Assembly: GCF_009914755.1 (NCBI RefSeq)
Contig: NC_060930.1
Length of the DNA: 64,000 nt
Strand: one strand, 5' to 3'
Source: the human T2T-CHM13v2.0 reference genome, Homo sapiens
A program made the position numbers and the translations under genes. Positions 54,131-64,000 of the stretch are shown one piece after another (the first letter of the stretch is position 1; each line of letters begins with the position of its first letter). The notes under the pieces were generated by a model, which was given only the letters and a program-made list of their open reading frames with translations, did no database searches and was not told the origin of the DNA.

Positions 54131-56066
54131 TGAGGAAATGGATTGGTAGATAAATGGATAGAGTTAAGGCTAATATCCAAATAGGCAAATGTGTTTAATA
54201 GTCAACTGTAAAGGATTCATTGTTGGTTAGGTTCAAACATAACTTGGCTATTTATTTTCTGGGTGACTTTGGACAAGTTAATAAACTCTCTTACTCTTCT
54301 AATTTACTTTATGTTTTTGGCTTTACCATAATAGTAAAATTGCAATGATTTGGGGGATAATATCATCAGCAAAAAAAGATACAAAGTGAAGAGAATGTAG
54401 GGAAAACTGTGATATTAACAAGTTATTGAAAGTGGGTGAAAGATCAAGAACACAGGTGTTTTGATATCCTTAGAAAGAATGAAGCAGAAATGCTGCCTGA
54501 ACAGAGAAAGAATATTGTATGGATATTGAAAGAAAGAAGCAGGAACAGGTAAGAAAGAAATATGAAGGAGAAAATAGCAAGTATTTCCTCTTCTTTTCAG
54601 TTCATGACTGATGGCTTCTAGTTTTGTGATTCCCTTCCCCATTAGAATGAATATTTATGTTAGAATGAAAATAGTGCATATTATTTATGCACTAATGATT
54701 AAGCAAAGTGTTTTCAGTAAAATAATCTATTCAGTTTTTTGTTACCTTTTATAATAATATTTGTCTTCAATTATTACTAGAACAAAAATGTTTTGCATGA
54801 GTAAAAGGAAAGGTCACATTCAAAGCAGTTCTACATCATTTTCAATTCAAATGGGTAGACACTTGAATAAAAATGTACCAGGATTCACACTGTAAACTGA
54901 TATTAAAATTGCATGCATTAAAATATATAAGTTTGCCAATGTCAAACTAGTAGCAATGGATCTTTTTTGACATCATTATAAATAATAACTTTTGCATCAC
55001 AAAGCAGGTAATATAAAAATGACTGTGGTTGCTTGCAACATCTCAGTTCATATATTTCAAGATTCAGCATATAACTTAGTACCTTTAGAAAACAGCAATT
55101 GTTCTGTTGATAATCAATATAATATAAATAATGACTAAAGCTACTTTAAGTTCTCTGGACAAGTGCTTCCTAAAAACAACACCTCCTTAAATAATCAAAT
55201 AAAAGTAAGTGGGGAAAATCTGAAGCTTAAAATCCTTCACAACCAAGATGCCACCAGATAATAAGAGTAGCTGATTCTAACTAGCCTATCTAAGCTGACT
55301 TTCTAAAGACAAGGGCAACTATTGGTATCTACTGAGAGAGAGGGAGAGTGACATTTCTCATTCAAGTGGCATGTGTGATGGCACATGCTAATGCTGGCAT
55401 AACTGGTGACTTCTGCTCCAGCTGCATTCTACGGTGAATCCTCAATGTTGCATCCCAACTGAGCTCATTAAGTTCAGAAATTTGAGCCAAGAAGAAACAA
55501 AATTCTTATCGTGTTTTTACATGGGAGTAGAAAAAAAGAGCTCACCAATTCTGTCTAAGCTCTCATGTTTCATTCCCGAAACATGCAGAAATTAATCTTC
55601 ATAAATGGAAATGGAGACATGCAGTCCAAGTAACAGGCCTCAGTGACCACTGGAGGCCAACTGTTTCATGTGTTTTTATTATATTCTGGAATTAAATTTG
55701 AGAGTTACAGTTTTTATCAAAATTAACCCTAATTTGTAGTCTATAGTGGCCCTTACAACATTTAAGTTTTATAATCAAGGCATTTTAGCTCTGCTAATAC
55801 TAATAAAAAGAAAAGAAAGCTTTCTTATTTTTAAGGTAAATTAAGTATCTAACAAGCTGTAACTGGAATCAGTCAGTCTCAGTTTAAATATTCATTTTCA
55901 ACTTACTCTTCTTTACTGCTACTTAAATACTTTGAAAACAGGTAATAAATGCACTAAGCATTGTTTTGCATGGTCCTAAACTCTTTGAGGGCAGACTCCA
56001 TGTCTTTAAATTTACCTCCTTTCCTAGAATTGTGCTTTCCATATGGGAAATTTTGGGTACATACTT

Positions 56067-56127
56067 CTTGAATACATTTATGACATAAAATAATTCAACT
56101 TGAATACATTTATAACATAAAATAATT
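56067..56127. repeat. 32-bp-period tandem duplication
   Basis: cttgaatacatttat(g/a)acataaaataatt twice, one mismatch. Confidence 0.9.
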
Positions 56128-57289
56128 ATTTTAAATAATTCTGTTTAAAATAAAGTGATGAAGTAGAAATAGAAAGTAAACAAGATGCAGAAGATTAATT
56201 TGGCTTTACAAAGATTAAAGTTACTCTCTGATTTTAATAATGACCTCATTAATAAATATTTATTAGATCCTTACTAATGACATGGTCTTAGTCTTGGTAC
56301 TGTGCATTAGACTCATGTTATTTCCATATACTTTGTTAAAACAGGATTGACTACATCTTCCTAAATGAGTCCCACAATTGCATCTTCCTGGGCACGGTAT
56401 GAATCATTTACAACACTTAGCATTGAAAAGCACAGTTGATGTGGTGGCATTTATTATAAAGCATACCCATTTGAAGCAGTAATTGTTCTGCTACCAGGGC
56501 ACAACGCTTTATAACATCCCTTAAAGAGTTTTTTTTACAAAGATGGAACTTTAATTTTTTTCAGTAGCTACCAAGTGCAATGCTTGAGTACCTTTCCTCA
56601 TTTGTGTTTTTTATCATGAATCACTACCCAGAGGCAATCATTAGCTAATTTGCTGATTTATGGTTGCAGTTTATGAGCTTTAAACAATGCTAAACCACTT
56701 TTGTTCCTTCCTCAGTGAACTGACAGATGAAGAATGTCTGTCCTTTATATTCTTAGCTGTGTAAAGTAAATGCACCTCACTCTATGTGTTCTTGGCTTCT
56801 ATGACATCTGAAATTGCTGCCTTATTACTTTCCTGCTGGATCTTAACTGAAAGCAATGTTTACCTAGCTACCCAATCTGAAAGCTGCTAAGGTTCTTTGT
56901 GCTGCCACCTATGACAGAACAAGGTCAGAACATCAGTTTAGTATGGGAATCTAATAGCTATTACTTATGCAGTATTCTAGTGACATACATACTGAAGAGC
57001 AAAATTGGTTGCTGCTGTGTAGGCTGACAGGGCCTGGCATCCTGGCTGTGTGAGACATGTTTTCATTATTCAATGAGACACAAACATACATTCAAAACTT
57101 GTTTTGAATAATCACAGTCTATATTACCTTTGCATGTGTGATCCAAATTTTATACCAAAGAGAGGAAAGATCTTGAATGCTTCCTGGGGCTGACCTGCTA
57201 GCTGTGTCATAATTATCTAAAAAGCTGAAAAGGCCACAGTGTGAAATAGCATTAGTATGCTTCTAAATTTTCTGGCCAAATACACACAT

Positions 57290-58052
57290 CAGATAGACAA
57301 TAACAAGTGCTGGCAAGGATATGGAGTAATTGGAACCCTCATACATTGCTATTGAGAATATGAAATAGTGCAGCTGCTTTATGAAAAACAATCAGGCAGT
57401 TTCTCAAATACTTAAGCAATTCCACTCCTAGGCATATACCTAGAGAATTAACAACACATGTCCACACAAAAACTTGTACACAAATGTTCATAACAGCATT
57501 ATTCATAGCAGCCAAAAAGTGAAAATAACCCAAATGTCCATTAACTGATGAATGCATAAACAAAATGTGGTATATCTGTAATCTATACAGATAATCTATA
57601 ACTTATCTCTATAGATACATATAATCTATACAGATAAACTATCTGTATAGATTACAGATAGATAATCTATCTGTATAGATTACAGATATACCACATTTTA
57701 TATTGTTCAGCCATAAAAAACAACAAAGTTCTGATACATGTTAAAAAATTCATGAGCCTTGAAAAAATTATTCTGAGTGAAAGAAGCCAGATACAGAGCC
57801 ACAAATTATACAATTCCATTTATATGAAATGTCCAGAATAGGCAGATTCACAAAGACAGAAAGTAGATGGCTAGGGATTGGGGGCGGTGGAGGAGGAATG
57901 GGACGTGACTGCTAATGGGTACAGGGTATCTTTTCGAAGTGATAAAAATGCTCTGGAATTAGATTTTGGTGATGGTCGCACAACTTTGTGAATATATTAA
58001 AATTTACCAAATTTTTTAGAATGACAAATGGCATGGTATATGAATTATATCT
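57290..58052 (+). mobile_element. L1MB (L1MB7/8-like) 3' end carrying an internal palindromic insertion
   Basis: aataacaagtgctggcaaggatatggag...caaatgttcataacagcattattcatagcagcc...ggtgatggtcgcacaactttgtgaatat. Confidence 0.9.
57562..57699. repeat. Inverted repeat with perfect 32-bp arms and a nested 15-bp hairpin
   Basis: 57562-57593 aaaatgtggtatatctgtaatctatacagata is the exact reverse complement of 57668-57699. Confidence 0.95.
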
Positions 58053-58053
58053 A

Positions 58054-58418
<365 letters not shown>

Positions 58419-58939
58419 TAGTAATTGTTAGGCCTTTATTTTTTTCTTTTCACATGCATATAGAAAGCTTATTTGGATTAATTTCTTTTAAGAAGCACTT
58501 AAATTATATTAACCACTATTGTGCATTTTTATCAAACAGCCCAAGATTTAGTTTTTAATATATGTTTCTAATTATCATTTGATCTATTATATTTGATATT
58601 TCTCACCTCTTTCTATCGAATGAACCCTTAATTCTATTTGATTTTCTTTAATATGCTTAAGTGTCAATCTTTTCTGTTTCAGATAATGAGAATTACTCCA
58701 TTGCTCATATTCACATAGGTTTAAAATCTGAGCTGTTTTAAAATTTATCCTATTGCCTTTAGGGTACAGGGATGAAGGAGAAGGATGTTGTTTCTACTTT
58801 CTAATTCTGTTTCTAGAAGACTACTGGAAATAAAGTTCTACCTCCCAGGCAAAAATAAATATACTTTAAAGGCCTCAAATTACCATATTTCTCAAAATAT
58901 ATCATTACCTTTCCCTGGGACTATAAAAATAAGCTATTA

Positions 58940-59420
58940 ACTGGCATCATCCAACCTCTGTTCCGACCTCTCTAATTTATCCTACACTTTAAATCTTCAC
59001 TAAAGTACATTCCATTATAATATTTCTCTCCTCAAAAACTTTCAGCAAATACTGCTTTCCTATTAAAATTAGTATAATTTTCAGCATATTTCAGCTTTTC
59101 TGATCTTCCCATCCCATATTTTACTAATTCCTGCATCTATCTTATAAATCAGATGAACAGGTTCTTTATTTTTCCCATTCCCACACATTCTTATAATGAT
59201 CCTTGTGATAACCTACTGCCTGGAATGACCTCACTTCTAGTACCTTTGTTGATATTTTATGTTTCTTATGGCTCATGAAAAATCACAGGTAATACAAAAT
59301 CTCATAAAAGCAAGAACTTTGTCTTATTCCCTAGTTAACTCCAATGACCAGAACAGTGTCTGGCACAAAGTAGAAATTCAATCAATCAATCAATATTAAT
59401 TTATAGTTAAATGAAGGAGC
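58940..59420 (+). mobile_element. L2 fragments
   Basis: gcaagaactttgtcttattccctagttaactccaatgaccagaacagtgtctggcacaaagtag. Confidence 0.65.
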
Positions 59421-59906
59421 TAATAGCATTCATATATTCTTGATACTCCTGTTCACTGTCCTTCTGAAATCATGTAAAGCTAGCTTTTTGTTATATTCTG
59501 CCGTACATTTTAGTTATTTGACTATCTTTATTTATTTTCCTTGTAATTGTTCATTTCTTATTTCCTGAATTTTGTAATACAGCACCTTACACTTGATCTC
59601 TGTTCAGTTAATATTCGCTGAATTAAATTAATCAACAGATGCCAATATGCTCACTTTGGAAATTGTATCTGCTTTATATTGTTTTTGCTGCAGGCTGATT
59701 TACATAAATATTACATGCTTAGAAGGAAAAAAACTACTTGACAAGATAAACTCTAGATATTTTAATTATTCAGTTTTTACTTAAAATGGTAGATTTCATG
59801 ACATATTTTGTTTCGGAATTATTGAATCATATAGAATGTGCCTTTTAAAAATAAACATGATTGACATATGAGTTCACACTTGTAAAAATAATTCAAAAAC
59901 GTGTAG

Positions 59907-60315
<409 letters not shown>

Positions 60316-60545
60316 TGAGGGATACAGTTCTTCATGTCACCTTTGAGATCAGAGTTGGTGCCAATGGAATTTTAAAACACTTCTCACTAAACTACTACTG
60401 GTTGGTTAGGTCGTTGGTGGTGAACGTGGAGAGAATAAATCTGAGAAAGCCTCTCTATACACCATTCTTTCCAAAGAACAGTAGTGTTTCATAGATGCAG
60501 CACACCTCTCGTTTCTTTACTACAATTGTAACTATCATTTCCAGG

Positions 60546-60946
60546 TGATATTGTTTGGAAACTCGTCCCTACCCAAATCTCATCCTGAATGTTGGAAGTG
60601 GTGTTTGGTGGGAGGTGACTGGATCATGGGGGCAGATTTCTCATGAACTGTTCAGCTCCATTCTCTAGGTGCTGTCATCGTGATAGTGAGTTTTCATGAG
60701 ATCTGGTCATTTAAAAGTGTGTGGCACCTCTCTCTCTCCTCTTTTGCTCTTGCTTTCACCATGTGAAGTCCCTGCTCCCATTTGGCCTTCCGCCCTGAGT
60801 AAAAGCTCCCTGAGGATTCCCCAAGAGCAGATGATCCTATGCTTCACCTGTACAGCCTGCAGAACTGTGAGCCAATTAAACCCTTTTCTTATACATTTCC
60901 CAGTCTCAGGTATTTCTTTATAGCAATGTGAGAATAGACTAATACA
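60546..60946 (+). mobile_element. MSTB-like solo LTR
   Basis: tgatattgtttgg...gagatctggtcatttaaaagtgtgtggcacc...gactaataca; TSD ccagg/ctagg. Confidence 0.9.
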
Positions 60947-61910
60947 CTAGGCAAGAGTAAAATAGACTAAATTATAGACTACTGATTAAATTGCATGCTC
61001 CATAGGGAATATTCTATATGTAAATGTATAAGTAAATCTATCATATAATAGAAAATCTAACCACAGTTGCTACCTTTACCCCAAAGTGGCTATAAATTCC
61101 ATAAAATGAGTCACATAGACGTGTTTCATTCATGTATTACTACTTTCCTGATCGGTTACCTAGGGCATGGGTGGTGTCTATATGTTGAGAATAAGCTCAG
61201 AAAAGTCTGCCCTGAGCTGTATTTTGCTATCCAACTCATCCTATTTGAAAATATTTCCATTGAGAAAGAAGAGTTAAACTTTTAAAACTACTACTAATAA
61301 ATGATTTGCAAATACAAATTTCTCTATCCACTAAGAAGTCTTGTAATGATTATATATATTTATAACTCATTTTTCTCAAAATAGCAGACTTTCCTTGTAA
61401 CTGTTAAATAATTGCACAAGGTAAGAACTCCAAAAAAGAAACACTGTGGAATTTGGTAGTTCTAAATATGATATAGCCCTTGTAAGTACATATATATATA
61501 TATACCTGATAAGCATAGGATATTGTTGATTAATTTATTGCTTAAAAAGTGCAACACATCTTAAAAATTACATTTACAATAATTTTTCCTTCAATAACTT
61601 TTAGAAAAAAAGATGCTATTTTGTTCTAGTAATATGATAGCTATCAAATTTGTGTTAGTGTTGTGGAGAAAGAGTGTAAGTAAATTACAACTGTCATAGT
61701 TTTTCTTGAGAAATATACCTTGATTTCAAACATTTATTAAGAAAAATTTTATTTTATTTAAAGTATATTTGAACATTTTATACAAACCTAGATGAAGAAG
61801 TGGTTCTAACTTTATCTTCTATTTTGTAAGTTTTCACCATGTTTTTCCTAACGTTTATTTTTTATAGGGTAAGGACAAATACAATGAAAAATAAGAGACT
61901 AAATTCTCAC

Positions 61911-62501
61911 TGTTGAAAATAAGGGAAGAGATTTCTTTCTTCTCCATTTTCTCAGAGACTTTACTTTAGAAAACTTATATTTGTAAATACTTTATCCACT
62001 CTTCGAAATGTCCAAAAATCCTTTTGAAGACTAAGTAGGCCTATTGTCAGCTTTATGACCTAGGACTGTCTTTCTCAGGCACTTGGGAGCTAACTTTGGT
62101 GGGCATTTCACTCTAAGTTGCAGAACTGCCTTGTCATAAAGATATGAGAAGTTTGTTTTCATCTGGTTTAGTCAATTAGCTACCACACAGTCAACTCAAT
62201 TACCATGTAAAGTTAGGATGAGCTATGTATGTGTGACAAACAGTCCTCAAGTTCTCTTACTTGAGGACTAGCTATTGTTTATGTTCGAAAACATGTACGT
62301 AACAGGATGTATCTGCTTAGCTATATAAAACAGGGAGTTTTCTTTCTGTCTTTGTAATCTCCTAGTGGATTACCTGTGATCTGCATCATATTTTGGTTTA
62401 GTGATCATTCAATAATAAAAGTGTTTTCTTTCTCTACTTCCTTCATGGAGAGGGTTTCCGGATTGGGAGAATATTTTATTTTTAACTATATTTCTTCAAT
62501 A
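61911..62501 (+). mobile_element. MER34-family (ERV1) solo LTR
   Basis: tgttgaaaataagggaag...cctcaagttctcttacttgaggacta...TATA (tatataaaa) and aataaa near the 3' end. Confidence 0.7.
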
Positions 62502-62874
62502 ATCTGTAAGTTACTAACATATATAGGTATGTTACTTCAGAGCAATGAATGTAAATCAATCAATTACATTTTAGAGGTCAGAATATATTTAATAAAGACT
62601 TTAAAATGATTTTTCTGCTTAATGTTATGAGCTAATTCTATTGTTACTAAACTGAAAAGTCACTGCCCTTCCATAATTGGTATTTGTTAGATACTTTTGC
62701 ATTTCTCTTCTACTTGGGTTACTGACTGGCAGCACACTCTTAATAATCACTACCTCTGGCCAATCGTCTGTGACCATACTAGCTCCTGCAGTTCAGTTTA
62801 GTAAATAATTGCTTGAGTATCATAATTGCCATGTTATATTCAGGTACTTGGGGTACAAGTCAAGGCAAGATAGT

Positions 62875-62968
62875 ATTTTGGGGAAGTGGTTTCAGGAAAC
62901 TGTCTTTTCAACAAGTCTTTTAATTCTGATGCAGGTAGCCTGTAGCCCACATTTTATGAAACACCATT
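62875..62968. mobile_element. MER5A fragment
   Basis: caggaaactgtcttttcaacaag...ttctgatgcagg...ccacattttatgaaacacc. Confidence 0.6.
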
Positions 62969-63165
62969 TATGAAATTGACTACCTTACCTCTATTTCATT
63001 CCACATTCAAAATCCTAGAGCTTGAAATATCTGTAGAAAAGTGCTTATGTAAGTGAACAAGCAGGTCGCAATGTTGCATGTCCAACACTAAGATGTATAA
63101 CACTCCCCCATCTAGAAATGCAGATAGAAGGAAATGCTCCAAAGGTTATATTGAGAGAAATGGAG

Positions 63166-63169
<4 letters not shown>

Positions 63170-63206
<37 letters not shown>

Positions 63207-63242
63207 GTATATATATACATATATATATATGTATATATATAC

Positions 63243-63273
<31 letters not shown>
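63170..63273. repeat. Long interrupted (TA)n microsatellite
   Basis: ~104 bp of TA with a few CG/CA/TG interruptions; the first pure run is about (TA)18. Confidence 0.97.
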
Positions 63274-63274
<1 letters not shown>

Positions 63275-64000
63275 TTTTTTTTAACTCGATTCCAGGCTTT
63301 TTTCATATGTCCTATCTGTTCTTCAATGCACTATATCTCAACTGATCTCTCTGAAGTACTTTCCTGGTCACTGAAACCTTAAATCACTGGCCTACCTCGA
63401 AATACTGCAATCACATATTTATATCTCTTTTATGATATTTACCATAATAATTTGTATATTTATTTCCTTTTTAAACTGTAAGCTATTTAAAGACAGGGTA
63501 AATTTTTAATTTATATTTCGACCTATGATAAGTTGAAAAGCAGACAATTTTGAATAGTTAAATAAATGTATCTTTACATAAACTTTACATAAACTTGAAT
63601 TTAAGCATTTCGTTGCCGGAAAAATTATCCAAATCTTTGAAAGAAAGCAAAAGGATGGGCAACACAATCATTACATATCACACAGGGCAACAGCTACCCA
63701 AAGTTTTTCTAGAGATGTATGTGGTTCATTTCACTGTTTTCTCCTGAGTTTGCTTGTTAACAGCAGATTTTCTTCAGTAGAGATGCTAATATTTCCTGCC
63801 TAGTGGAACAGATAACCACAAAGATTGATAGCTTGTTAGAAATTAACCAGTTTGTATCTTATCCTAATATTTCTTGTTAAATTGACTATAAATAGCCTAG
63901 CTTCTTAAATGTTGCTTGAACTGATCATAATATCACTGGTTCTCTAATTAATTAATTAGTTAAATAGAATTCTTGACACAGGTTCCTGTGATATTTGTCT

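Noticed and set aside
62242-62269. 11-bp hairpin agtcctcaagt/acttgaggact
   Set aside because: Lies inside the MER34-like LTR and is probably inherited from the family consensus.
63078-63345. ORFs with (YI)n repeats
   Set aside because: Translation of the (TA)n microsatellite.

Overview
AT-rich, CpG-depleted primate (most likely human) genomic DNA, either intergenic or deep intronic. I find no supportable protein-coding gene, RNA gene or CpG-island promoter. The listed ORFs are repeat-derived or chance ORFs. Much of the window is interspersed repeat: six Alus (most with target-site duplications), several L1PA/L1M fragments, a complete two-LTR THE1D/MSTA-type MaLR provirus inserted in a MIR, solo MaLR/ERV LTRs (MLT1A0/C/E/H, MSTA, MSTB, LTR33, MER34-like), DNA transposons (MER44 with a nested MER2, MER5A), L2/MIR relics and microsatellites. 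Subfamily names come from recalled consensus sequences, not from a database run. The most notable observations are: a fold-back palindromic insertion with perfect 32-bp arms inside an L1MB tail; a ~60-bp piece of proviral internal sequence copied into only one LTR of the MaLR provirus; an ancient L1M with a twin-priming-like 5' inversion; a decayed RTE-clade (L4-like) reverse-transcriptase remnant; and unique segments with a CTCF motif, a PBX-HOX/MEIS motif cluster and a candidate non-coding exon. I see no convincing new multi-gene system and could not place the locus on a chromosome.
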